Part shown: positions 1 through 13,369 of the stretch, in pieces
Layout: each line of letters starts with the position of its first letter
How positions within the stretch are numbered: position 1 is the stretch's first letter
From: the human T2T-CHM13v2.0 reference genome, Homo sapiens
NCBI RefSeq assembly: GCF_009914755.1
Contig: NC_060927.1
Direction: 5' to 3' (one strand)
Length of the DNA: 64,000 nt
The notes under the pieces: model-generated
Database searches by the model: none
Told to the model about the DNA's origin: nothing
The model's input: only the letters and a program-made list of their open reading frames with translations
Position numbers and translations under genes: made by a program

Positions 1-160
1 GAAATAATTATCACAAACAATTAAAATATCACCTTACATGGTTACCTTTATTTCTTTTTTTGGTGAGAATGCTTAAGATGTATTTTCTTAGCAAATTTGA
101 TATATACATTACAGTATTATTAACTATAGTTGTACATTAGATCCTTAGAATTTATTCATG
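1..160 (-). mobile_element. L1MA-type 3' end fragment (runs off window edge; paralog at 5098-5296)
   Basis: TTTTTTGGTGAGAATGCTTAAGATG...CTTAGCAAATTTGA...TATTATTAACTATAGT resembles the reverse complement of L1MA 3'UTRs. Confidence 0.7.
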
Positions 161-419
161 AGTCAAATCATCTTTTGTCACTTCCTAATCTCAATTTACC
201 TGTCACACCTTCTTCCCTTCACTACATAGATTATACATCCAAAACTCTGGGTCAAACTATTCAAATCAGTTTGGAAATATTTGCAAATTGTTGGCGTAAC
301 CTGATCTTCAAGCACAGGAACAATTTTTATAGATTAATTATTCCTGGTACCTCTGTGAGAAGAGGATAGGCAGAAATCTATCGTATTTAATGTTAAAATT
401 CTAGTTTAAATAGTTTTTA

Positions 420-1310
420 AAACTTCTAAAGTAGTAATAAATTATTTGCAAAACATGAAAAAGTATACTCATGTACATACTGCTGTTCTTTATCAAATCA
501 TATTTTACCATATTTCTTTCAGTTTTTGAAGAAATAAAACATTACGGACTTATTTGAAGCCTAATTCCAGCATCCTCCAGAATAACCACTATTCAGAATT
601 TTATGTCGATCATTCCCATGCATATATTTATAGCACACATATAATTGTATACAAATTTAACATGATTCTTTTTAAATTTTATAGTTGTATTTTACTTTAC
701 ATAAGATCCCAGTTGTTATTTTTGTTTAATATTTTTAAGATTTATCATATTGATACATGATTTATTTTCACCACGGTATAATAACCTATAGCATGAGTAT
801 AATGAAATTTATTGGCCCATTCTTCTATTAATTGATACTTAATTTATGCCAGTTTCTCCCTATACCAATGACAATGTGTCCACATCTTCTCAGGTACCTG
901 CAAAGGTATTTCTCTAAGATGTATTTCTAGAAGTAGAATGATACTCCTCACTTAACTAAAGATATATCTAAAGGAACTAAAAGCAGTCTGGAAAAGGGGT
1001 GAAGGGAAAACAGGATACACACCTTCAACTTTACCAGATATTCCAAAGTTGTTCTCCAGAATGATTGTGACAATTTATATCCCCACCAATGATGTATGAA
1101 AATTCCTAATTCTCCCCATCTATCCTAAAACATGATATCATCAGATTTTTTTACTTTTTTAAAAATCTTGCAAGCATATATTGGTTTATTAATTTGCCTG
1201 ATCCTGATTACCAGGGAGATTAGTTCTCTTAAATATGCTTATGGACATTCATATTATCTGTCTTAAGAAAACTGCATGTCCTTATCTGTGCTTCATTTTC
1301 TTCTATAAAA
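420..1310 (-). mobile_element. ancient L1ME-like 3' region, highly diverged
   Basis: CAGAATAACCACTATTCAGAATTTT...CATTCCCATGCAT and GTTGTTCTCCAGAATGATTGTGACAATTTATATCCCCACCAATGATGTATGA are typical antisense old-L1 motifs; boundaries approximate. Confidence 0.55.
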
Positions 1311-1312
1311 AC

Positions 1313-2560
<1,248 letters not shown>

Positions 2561-3228
2561 CTATTTTCTACGTCCTTTATTGCATGTTGATTTTAGGAAT
2601 TCTTCATGGATTCTGAAGGATAATCTTGTGTTATATGTGTTGCAGAAATCTTTTCTGGCCAGTCTGTATTTTAACACTGTGGAGTCTTTTATATTTAAAA
2701 TTCTTCTCTACTCTGAGGTCATAACAAATTATTCTTTTAGATGTAAGTATTTGATCTAACTGGAATTTGCCTGTAACATGAAGTAGAGATTTGATCTTCA
2801 TTATTTTACATATGGGTAATTATTTGTCACAGACACTTTGAAAAATCCACCTTTCCTCTCAAATCAGTAAAGATGCCCTTTACTTATTTTCATTGTTTTA
2901 AACCTTAGCCTTGTATTAAAGCCATTTTACTAAAGCCATATTATGATAACTTCATAATCATTCTAGCACACTGAATGGTATGCTCCTTCCCGCCACACCT
3001 CTGACATTGCCTTCAAAATTACTTAGATATTTACGATACTTTGTTCATCCAAATGGATTGCAGGGTCATATTGTTAAATTCCATGAAAAGCTGTTGGGAT
3101 TTTGCCTGAATTCTAGTGATTTCATAATTGGGGGAGAATTGACAGCATTATGTCATTGAGACTCTATATCCATATTCTTGTATATCTCTCCTTTTGTTCA
3201 GCTCTTCCTTTACAGCTTTCAACAATTC

Positions 3229-3705
3229 TATTAGTTGGGATTAACTGAACTATGTAAAACAGAAGCTGAAACAAAAGAGTTTCCTTCTCTTTCACGTAAA
3301 TGAAGTCTGGAGGTAGGTGATTCAGAGCAACATCTCACTGTCACCAGAAATCCAAGCTCCTTCTAACTTTCTGCTCCACCCTCCTAGAACATGCCTTTGC
3401 CTTTAAAGTCACCTAATTATCCATGATGGCTCTTGTAGCTCCAACTGTCTCATCTACATTTAGTTAGAAAGGAGGGAAGGCAAAAAGGGCATAATCTGCC
3501 TGTCATCCCTTTAAGAAACCTTACCAAATGGCCCTCCCAGTAACTAATTTTACATCTTACTAACCAGAACATAGTCTTTTGTCCCTAATTAGGTACAAGG
3601 GAGGCTGGGAACTGTGGTCTTTTAACTAGACCCAGCACTGCCCTTAATGATATCAGCAGCTTTGTTATTAGGGAGAAAAGTACAAACAGATATTAACAGT
3701 CTGTC
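3229..3705 (-). mobile_element. old MaLR LTR (MLT1J/K/L class)
   Basis: AAGTCTGGAGGTAGG... and TACAAGGGAGGCTGGGAACTGTGGTCTT motifs. Confidence 0.55.
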
Positions 3706-3914
3706 ACATAATGCTTTTAGATACATTTTATAAGATTTGTAGATTCATTCTTTTATTTTTGCTGCCATTATAATTTTGTTCATTTATATTGCCTAGTTAA
3801 TCTGACTCATACATAGGAATGCTTTCCCATTTTTCTATGTTAATCTTTGATCTAGCAATACTGGAGAATTGTTCTTTGCCCTAACAATTTGACAATTGTT
3901 TGTATTTAGACAAT

Positions 3915-4304
3915 TGTTTTGTGGACTCAATTCTGTTCTCCCCAAAATCCATATGTTGAAGTCCTAACCCCAGTAACTTAGAATATGACTGTATTTGGAG
4001 ATAGGGTCTTCCAAGAGGTAATTAAGTTAAATGAGATCATTAGGGTGTGTCAATGCAATATGACTGATGTCCTTATAAAAAGAGATTAGGACACAGACAC
4101 ACCCAGCGGGAAGATCATGTGAAGACACGGAGAAAACAGTCATCTACAAGCTAAGGAGAGAGCGCTCAGAAGAAACCAACTCAGGGTGTCACCTTGCTGA
4201 AACCTTGATCTAAAGCTTCTAGCTTCCAGAACTATGAGAAAATGAATTTCTATAAACACCTTGTTTATAGTACTTTGTTATAGCAGCCTGAGAAAGCTCA
4301 AACA
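3915..4304 (+). mobile_element. MLT1B solo LTR
   Basis: TG...CA termini; CATATGTTGAAGTCCTAACCCC..GTATTTGGAGATAGGGTCTT; 5-bp TSD ACAAT/GCAAT. Confidence 0.9.
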
Positions 4305-5019
4305 GCAATTTCATCTGCAAATAAGGGAATTATATCTCTGATTTTCCAATTCTATAGTTCTCATTTTTATTTCTAATTATATAACAGTGACTAGAACCCA
4401 CAATGACTTCACTAGGAAATGTGAAGTTTCACCATTAGTCATAATGTTTCCTCTAGGTTTTCATAAACGTAAAAATTACCTAAATCCAGCCTGTCACATG
4501 ATTTCATCATTAGCACAACATTTTACTGAATCCTTATGATGTATTCTTTGAATTGATCATTTGGTTCATGTTCTTTAATCTTTTCTTTGCTTTATTATAT
4601 CAAAAGATTCTTTCAAACTTTTCATTCCAGGGCTGAGCCCTGTGTTTTCATGATAGAGATATAAATATAAATATAGATTTCAATTTTTGGCATCTTTTTT
4701 AGAATATTTGCCTTTTGCCCATAAGACAAATTGGTTTAAAATATTATTTTCTTGTACTATTCTTGTCTTTTGATTTAAAAATTACACCATTGTCACAAAA
4801 AGATTAGGAAATTTTCTATACTCTGAAAAACTTAGGATATATTATGGGTTATCTATAAATTAAAATTTTGGTAAAACTTGCATATAACAAGCCAGTTTCT
4901 TGAAGCTTCACTTTCCAAGCCAATTATTTTTTACATTTCAGACAATTTCAGTGAATCAGATCATCTTTATCTTAACTAATTCAGCCTCGGTTGGTACCAC
5001 CTTCTATATTTTTTCAGGT

Positions 5020-5262
5020 TAATCAAAGTTTAACTGACAAAATTCTATATATTTAAACTATACAAAGTGATGATTTGATATATGTCATATACCTTGTGAA
5101 ATAATTATCACAAACAAGTCAATTAAAATATTCATCACCTTATGTGGTTACCTTTATTTCTTTTTTTGGTGAGAGTGCTTAAGATGTATTTTCTTAGCAA
5201 ATTTGATATATACATTACAGTATTATTAACTATAGTTGTATATTAGATCCTTGGAATTTATT
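5020..5262 (-). mobile_element. L1MA 3' end fragment carried inside a locally duplicated insertion
   Basis: TTTAACTGACAAAATTCTATATATTTAAA...; near-identical to 1-160. Confidence 0.75.
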
Positions 5263-5604
5263 CATGAGTCATCTTTTGTCACTTCCTAATCTCAATCTTC
5301 ACTTTCCATATTTTAAAAATCTTTCCACTTTTTAAAAATGCAGTTTTATGGCGATACATTTACCTGTAAGTACAAATTTAGCTGCATGTCACAAGTTTTA
5401 ATATACACTACTTTAGATTCATTCTTTGGGATTTTCTCCTTTTCCACCAAGTTATTTATGAGTTTATTTGTTTTATAAGCACATGGTTTGCCAAGGATTT
5501 TTTTATTGTTGTATGTTTCTAATTTAATTTCATCACATCAAATAATGAGATCTAATAATAATTCTTTGAAATTAACAATTTTGAAATGTGAAATTGAATC
5601 AGTT

Positions 5605-5735
5605 TTGATTTCCAAATTTTGATCATTGCAATGTGGTTATGTCAATGTTAACACATATAAAAGATATATGGGAATTCTCTATTTTTGCAACTTTTTATAT
5701 ATCTGAAATTTCTTCAAAATGAAAGTTTAAGAAAA
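5605..5735 (+). mobile_element. L1MC/L1ME 3' terminal fragment
   Basis: GTGGTTATG..ATGTTAAC..ATATGGGAATTCTCTATTTTTGCAACTTTT..TCTGAAATT..AAAATGAAAGTTTAA. Confidence 0.6.
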
Positions 5736-5832
5736 AATAATTAAAAATAGATTATTTCCTTGACTAATTCAAAATATGACTTAACAAGAAATAAACTGAA
5801 GTATATTCTCATACCATTATGGAGGTTTAGAG

Positions 5833-6058
5833 GCAGTGTCAGGGCAGTAGTTGAGAACACGTGCTGTAGATTCAGATTGCCAAGGCTGGTGGCCTTTCTA
5901 GATGTGTCCTTGTTCGGTTTTTAATATCTGTATGCTCCAGTTTCTCCATCAGGAAAATGAAAATAGCAATTATACATCAGAGTTATGAGAATCTAATGAA
6001 ATAGATGTATGGTGCCTTGATCTTTTTAAGCAATCATAAATAATAGTTGCCATTATTA
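5833..6058 (+). mobile_element. MIR SINE
   Basis: GTAGTTGAGAACAC..CAGTTTCTCCATCAGGAAAATGAAAATAGCAAT core. Confidence 0.65.
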
Positions 6059-7273
6059 TACTCAAAATAATTATTCTAGAAAAGAGGACAATCAGGGAAA
6101 GTGACTTAGCCAATGCCACACAGTGCTGGAATTCAGTTTTGCAATGGTCTTTCTTTTAGTATGCTTTAGGGATCATGAAATTTATAGTATATTAGTTCAA
6201 TTAAAATCTAAAATGAAAATATTGATCATAAAATGAGTAGGTGTTTTATTATGTGCATTTTGTAATGTGAATGATCAACTTTTTTCACTGCTAATTTGAC
6301 ATTCAGATTTCTATTTGCTTATAGTTCATTTGAGTTCATGGTCAGAAGAATTTATTATCTTTGCCTACAATTTTCTTTAATTCAGATTTTCAATAATCTA
6401 GCATCATTATCCATCAAATTGTTCTGTCTAGGTGATTTGTTAGATATTAAGAAATTTTAAACAGATGAATTTGTTTTCATCCGAGTGTACCTCTGGTTCT
6501 TTTTGTAGGTTAGCTTTAATTTTAAATCCTCTTATATTTTACATGACCCCTTGCCAAAAGGTTGATGTGATAGCCCAAGCCAATTTTTTTTTTTAATTAT
6601 TTGGTTTCTTGCATAGGAACTAATCCCTTTATTCTCATCTGGAGTGTGAATTATCTCCCAAAATATAACTGTATTAGATGTTCTACTACCATAAAACAAA
6701 ATAGGACCCTACGACATGAGAGTTGACTTTGTATTTATTGTTGTATTATTTTACATTTGGTCATGGTAGGCTATAATTAGTGAAGCAAGAGGCCAAAAGC
6801 AGCAGTATTGAACTAAATGAGCTAATGAGTGAAAACCATCCTTCGTGCCTCTGAGGCACTTTCTCTGCTATCTCTTTGATACCTGCAGATGTCAAGAAAG
6901 CTGCAATCAACAGGTGCAGTAACTGATCTCTCAGGAATTTACATTTATTGACAGTGAATATGTGCCAGCCTCTGATGTAACTGCTTGATACAACCCTGTG
7001 AGCAGAACTGATCCACATACAGTTCCTCTGCAACTCATACATATTTGACACAGTGCCTTTAGATTAAGGGACTAGAATACAGAAGATAAACCACCATGAG
7101 TGTAAAAATCATCACTTCTTTGTGTCCCAAAAGTTTGGTTAACCAGTGATACTACCTTAAAGAGATTATCTTTTTTAAAAGGAATTGATTTGATATATTC
7201 TAAAAGAAAAGGGTGCATACAAGCCCTTTTTTCTTCCCCATTGAATACTCTCTTTATCCTCAAGGTTTATCTG

Positions 7274-7410
7274 TTCATTCACTCACTCAGTCACATGTTG
7301 AATGAAAACATTTGAGTGCCTCCTATGTGCCAAACACAGTACTAAGTGTGATTCATGCAACATTGCACAAAACAGACGTGGCCTGGTCCCTGTGCTCATG
7401 GAATTCATCA
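7274..7410 (-). mobile_element. L2 3' end
   Basis: TTCATTCACTCACTCA..CATTTGAGTGCCTCCTATGTGCCAAACAC..CCCTGTGCTCATGGA. Confidence 0.7.
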
Positions 7411-7461
7411 AGTAGTTTTTAAAAGGGTTTCAGAGACTGCATTCAAAGAGATGCCTGGAGC

Positions 7462-7640
7462 TAAGATGTCCAATATAGACTTGTGTGACTATTTAAATTT
7501 AAATCAATTACAATAAACAAAATTTCAGTCCCATGAGCATTTTTCGTGCCCTAAATCCTTGTGTCGCTGGTGGCTACCATATTGGACCATGCAAATTTAG
7601 AACATTCCATCACCACAAAGGCTTTGTTGGAAAGCACTGC
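7462..7640 (-). mobile_element. MER3 (hAT-Charlie MITE)
   Basis: TGTCCAATA..TATTTAAATTTAAAT..GGTGGCTACCATATTGGAC..TAGAACATTCCATCA..TTGGAAAGCACTG. Confidence 0.75.
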
Positions 7641-9296
7641 TCCAGAGTTTGAGATAGCAAGTGGATGGGTGAGAAAGATCAACCATGGAGGCTTCTCTAG
7701 AAAGCTGCTTATACAACATAAGAAAATCAAGATTGGAGGAAAAGACCAAGAGCTTATGCTGAGGTAACAGTTAATGGCTTGGCTAAAGACTAAAGGGAGT
7801 CACTAATGTCTTCTTTAGTCCTCGGATGAGAAACTTTCAGTACTATTCAGCAGCAGATGAGGGAGCTCCAGGAAATTTCCAAAAAGGAAGGATTTGGCCG
7901 GGAACATCTCCAACAGAGAAAAGTTCAATAATTGTGTGAAATCATTCGATGCTGACTTGGCTAAATTTCTGTGGTAATTTTGATCTTCACAAAATGTCAG
8001 TTATTTCACACACACACACAAAAATATTTGTAATGCATAATTTCAGCTACTCTGAACAATTTGCCAGCATTTCCCGTATTTTACCTTTGAATTTTGTAAA
8101 ATTTCAAGATATTTTGTGGTCACATCCAGAATAAATTTTAGGCTATTTTTTTTGTTTCTTTTAAAAAACCATAAGCTCTTATGAACTTGCAGTCTTCCAT
8201 TCATTTCTCAAAATTGACATGTTAAATCCATCAACTTTCTTATAAAATAAATATGTGGCCCAAATATAATTACATATTAATACAAATCAGAATGACCCAT
8301 TTTTGTTTAACTTTAATAACAGCTGGAATGGTGTGTATGTTATTGGGAAGAAGTAGATGATTGGGAAGTAAAATAAACTTTAAAATGAATCAGCAGTTGG
8401 GGTCAAAATAAAAGTCCTAAAAACACAATAAATCTCCCAAACTTCAGTAATATATTTCTTTTGGACAGATTTGGTCATTATAAGCAACAAATAATAAATG
8501 TGACTGTATTTTTCCTGAAAACTTCCAATATTGTCATCATTTTAAAATACTTTATATAGTATTTACAAATGCTTATTGTGAGTTTGAATATTTTTCATTC
8601 ATAGTTGTATAAATACTTTATATAGTATTTTAAAAGGGGGAAAAAAACTTGAACATCTATAACAATGGTCCCTTAATGGAAACTTTAGCAAACATGTTTT
8701 TGCTGAATATCTAAATTTAGAGCATACTATTGAACCAAACATCCGTTTTATCTTTTATCCATCAAATGTGCCCCATTCAAAAACAAAAACAAAACGAGGA
8801 AACCTATCATTCATCCATCTGAGTCATGATAAAGCCATACTAGGAGGTGTGAGATTTAAAAGTAAATTTGAGGATTTACTTAATGTAGGAGCAGAAATAT
8901 AAATTTAAGTCAAGGTCCCTGATCCCTGATCCCAGTTACTTGCCTCATTCTCTAGTATAGATGAACTTGTCACAGGGCAAATTCAATCAGGGTTCAACTT
9001 GGGAATGACTTTGCGACAGTATTTGAAGGCAAAAAATGATATAAAAATGAGCCAAATGGCCGTTATTTGTACTATTTTCACTGAAAATAGAATGGTGAGT
9101 TTAGTTTAACAAGGCAATTTGAACTAATAAAAATATACAACTATGAATGAAAAAGCATTCAAACTCACAATAAGCATTTGTAGAAATTTCAAAGCAGGGT
9201 TTAAAAGTAACAATTCAGTAAAGATCAGGTTGCAGTATTCCCTGGGTTGCAATGTTGCATCAGTTTCATAATATAGCTTGGAGCTTCCTTAAAAAG

Positions 9297-10110
9297 CACT
9301 TTTCAAAAGAAGACATATATGTGGCCAGCAAGCATATGAAAAAATGTTCAACATCACTAATCGTTCACGAAATGCAAATCAAAACCACAATAAGACACCA
9401 TCTCACACCAGTCAGAAAACTAATATTAAAAAGTCAACAAATAACAGATGCTGGCAAGGTTGCAGAAAAAAAGGGAATGCTTATTGACTGCTGGTGGGAA
9501 TGTAAACTCATTCTGTCATTGTGGAAAGCAGTGAGACAATTTCTCAAAGAACTTAAAACAGAACTACCATTCAACCCAGGAATTCTATTATCAGATATGT
9601 ACCCAAAATAATATAAATCATTCCACCATAAAGACACATGCACACATATGTTCTTCACAGCATTATTCACAATAGCAAAGACACGAAATCAACCTAAATA
9701 CCCATCCATGGTAGACTGGATGAAGAAAATGTGGTACATACACAACATGGAATACTACACAGCCATAAAAAAGAATAGAATGTGTCCTTTCCAGCAATAT
9801 GGATAGAGTAGGAGGCCATTTTCCTAAGCAAACTAATGCAGGAACAGAAAACCAAACACCCTGTGTTCCCACTCATAAGTGGGAGCTAAACATAGAGTAC
9901 ACATGGACTCAAAGAATGAATCAATAAACACTGGGGCCTCCTTGAGGGTGGAGGGTAGAAGGAGGGAGAGGATCAAAAAACTACCTATTGGGTACTACGC
10001 TTATTACTTGGGTGATGAAATAGTATATACACCGAATCACCATGACATGCAATTTATCTATATATCCGACCTACACATGTACCCCTGAACCTAAAAGTTA
10101 AAAAAAAAAA
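9297..10110 (+). mobile_element. L1PA15/16-like 5'-truncated LINE-1 with poly(A)
   Basis: ORF2 C-terminus ([21 protein letters not shown]..); 3'UTR ..CTACCTATTGGGTACTA..TGTACCCCTGAACCTAAAAGTTA(n). Confidence 0.9.
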
Positions 10111-10950
10111 CGTAAAAACAGACTAGAAGGAAATCACAGCCTAGTGCTAAGTGTACTTGTGATTAGATGATGAAATTATGCCATTTTTTTCATGAATCAC
10201 TTTGCTGCATTTTCCAGATTGTCTAAGCTGCATATTTATCTTCAAACAGTATGATCAAAATTAATTTAGAATAATAAATAAACCTACCTTAAAAAAAGAA
10301 GTCCGTATGGCCTTGTTGATCCATATTCTGATGCAAATATTGTATACAATCCATTAAATATCATCAATGTGAATTTATGAATTCTGAATTATAGAATATC
10401 TTTAGAAGAAATACTCTTTAGATACTCTATCTAAGGGCTTACACCATGGAATTAAACTAAGATATCTACCAGATGTTCTTCAGAATGCTACTTTGTTAGT
10501 TGGGATGGTTATAGATCACCAACTCTTATTGTCTCTGACAATGAGTCATCTGTCTTAGTAAATGGTGGAATTCTGTCTTAGGACCTCCAGTTACAGATTT
10601 CTGTGTCAAAAATTCGAGAGCCAGGAGCTAGAATGTCAAATATGTAAGAGGCCTTGCTTTAGACAGAAACACCTGGTTGTAAGTTCCTGAATAAACTTTT
10701 CATAGAAGCCACAGGAAAGGATCTCTTATTTCTTCTAATAATCTACAGGTAAATAATTCTGTTTACCTAAGGTAAACTTCTGATTTGAAAACATGTCCAT
10801 TCCTACCTTTGACTATTCATTAGGTGAATTCTTGCTTTTCCATCTTCATATCCAGTTGTTTTCTGGGACCCATCCTTGCAAAATGAATGCAAACACTAAG
10901 GTAATTTGTAATCAGGTTACTGAATTGTGAGCACGAAAATATATCCTACT

Positions 10951-11238
10951 TACTGGGCACAGTGGCTCACGCCTGTAATACCGCACTTTGGGAGGCCAAG
11001 GCAGGAAGATCGCTTGAGCCCAGGAGCTTGACACCAACCTAGGCAACATAGTGAGACCTCACCTCTACAAAAAATTTAAAAATTACCTTGGGGTGGTAGC
11101 ATGCCTATAGTCCTAGCTACGCAGAGGAGGCTGAGGCAGGAGGATCACTTGAGCCTTTGAGGTCAAGGCTGCGGTGAACCATGAAAACACTATTACACTC
11201 CAGCCTGGGCAAGAGAGTGAGACCCTGTCTCAAAAATA
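10951..11238 (+). mobile_element. AluJ (Jo/Jr-like)
   Basis: dimeric Alu with J-type GATCGCTTGAGCCCAGGAG and CATAGTGAGACC; TSD AAAATATATCCTACT (10936-10950)/AAAATATATCATACT (11239-11253). Confidence 0.95.
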
Positions 11239-11267
11239 AAAATATATCATACTCAAATGCTTTTACA

Positions 11268-11592
11268 CAGATATTGGCAAACTTTTTTGTAAAGGGCCAA
11301 GTAGTAAATATTTAGGCTTTGTAGAACAATCTCTGTCACAATTATTCAACTGCTGCTATAGTGCAAAAGTAGCCACAGACAATATATCAATGAAGGGACA
11401 TCGTAGTAGTCCAATAAAACTTTATGTATGAACACTAAAATTTGAATTTCATGTAATTTTCATGTATCAGGAAATATTATTCTTTTGATTTTTGTCAACC
11501 ATTTATCAATGTAAAGGCCATTCTTTAGCTTGTGTACTGTTTAACAACACAGCAGGCTAGATTCAGACTATAGGCAGTAGTTTATCCACCAC
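11268..11592 (+). mobile_element. MER58B (hAT-Charlie)
   Basis: TTGGCAAACTTTTTTGTAAAGGGCCA..GTAAATATTTAGGCTTTG..CCAATAAAACTTTAT..TTTGAATTTCATGTAATTTTCATG. Confidence 0.85.
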
Positions 11593-11780
11593 AGCTTTGA
11601 ACATTTTCCTTGAGCAATTTAAGGATCTTTCTTGAAATTTCTCTTACCACATCATTAATTACTCTTGGAAATATTCTTAAGTAGAAAAAGAATAACAACT
11701 TAATGACCCCAATTGTCTCAAGTTGAGTAGAAGAGCCAGATTGAAGCATCTTACCATAGACTGATATGCCCGGGAGGGCA

Positions 11781-12185
11781 TGTGTTATTTCTGTGTGGCA
11801 CAAACTATCCTCACCAGTCTTCTTTCTTCTTCCTGGGAACATACTTTCAAGCCTCCTTTGTAGTTAGTTTAGAGCTGCTTGACTAGTTTTGGCTGGTAGG
11901 ATGTGGTCCGGAATTCCGTACACTACTTCTGCGTCCTGTGAGATTTCTTAGCCTCATCTCTTGTCAACTTGTAAAATGGCTGGATGCCAGAGATGCCATG
12001 GAATCCTTAATGGGGTCAGAGCCAACAGATGAAATAAGGCTGGATAACCGTATCAGCTCAGGGAGGGCTGCCCACAATATACCCAACTGGGCTGTGACAC
12101 AAGCAAGAGAGAACTTTATTTTGTTAAGTCACTGAAATGTGGAGATTTGTTACCACAGCACAGCTTAGCCTCACCTGACTAATGC
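11781..12185 (+). mobile_element. MLT1J-like LTR
   Basis: CTTCTTCCTGGGAACA..GCCTCCTTTGTAGTTAG; 3' end TTGTTAAGTCACTGAAATGTGGAGATTTGTTACCACAGCA..CTGACTAAT. Confidence 0.7.
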
Positions 12186-12459
12186 CATCTGTTTTGTCCA
12201 TCTGAATGCTTAGTAGAGTGTGTAGCACATAATAGGTGCTGATTAGGCATTTGTTGATTGCTGATAAATAACTTTCCTAATAATTGTACATTTCATAATG
12301 TCATGTTTTACATTATTAAAATCTGTTTGTGATATGTGACCAGGCTTCACTAATTTTATACATGAATTAAAAAAAAAAAAAAGAGATGAGACAGAAATCC
12401 TTCTCTAGTGTGATTAATGATCCAAACAGTCTACAGCATTGTGATTATTATGGTACAAT

Positions 12460-12640
12460 GGCAAACATTTGCTGAGCTGCTACTATGTGCCAGAAACCAA
12501 GACTGGGGATACAAATATAAGTCATTTATGGCAAGTTTAAGGACAGTTTTCCGGGCCTCATAGTTCAGCGTGAAGATGGGCAAACTAGAACTTACCCAAG
12601 GAAGAGAAATCAGAGTCACAAGGCTAGGGAAGGAAATTAA
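12460..12640 (-). mobile_element. L2 fragment
   Basis: CAAACATTTGCTGAG..CTACTATGTGCCAGA..CTGGGGATACAAA. Confidence 0.6.
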
Positions 12641-12714
12641 AAGCATGTTTAAAAAAAGAAGAAAAAGAAAAAAAAATTTATTTTGTGCAGAAATCAATGT
12701 GAGTGATGAGAATA

Positions 12715-12952
12715 CTGTTAAGTCCTCACTTAATGTCATAGAGAGGTTCTTGGAAACTGTGTCTATTGTCATGCATTCATGTAATTATCATATACTTTAT
12801 AAATTTTTATTTAACAATAATTCGTATTCCTTTGTTTTTCAACCCAGTTATTCCAGCTCAGGGTTGCTGGTGACTGGAGCCCATCCCAGCAGCTCAAGAT
12901 GTAAAGTGGGAACCAACCCTGGACATGGCATCCTCCCATCACATGGAACATT

Positions 12953-12983
<31 letters not shown>

Positions 12984-13229
12984 TTACTCTGATTGGGACA
13001 GTTTAGCACACACACTTACTCTGATTGGGACAGTTTAGACATGCCAATTCACCTGAAGTTCACAGCTTTGGGATGTGGGAGGAAACCAGAGTACCTGGAG
13101 AAAACCCTCACAGACATAGAACATGCAAGCTCCACACAGACAGGAGACTCAGCCAGGGATCAATTTTATTATTATGAACTTTATAACAAGACATCATTGG
13201 ACAAAAGGATGTTATTAGAGGACCTGCTG
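12715..13229 (-). mobile_element. MER6A (TcMar-Tigger) with internal (CA)n and a 32-bp-period duplication
   Basis: termini CTGTTAAGTCCTCACTTAA and TTATTAGAGGACCTGCTG, both flanked by TA; internal TTTGGGATGTGGGAGGAAACCAGAGTACCTGGAGAAAACCC. Confidence 0.85.
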
Positions 13230-13369
13230 TACTCAAACAAATCAACCACTTTCCCACTCTTCAGGAGTTACAGTATATTGAGGCAGATGGACAAGGGGCA
13301 GAGTGATCTGCCAGAGACATCTGCCCTAAAGCTCTGTGAGGACAGGGAGAAGAGGAAATCCCTCTTTCT

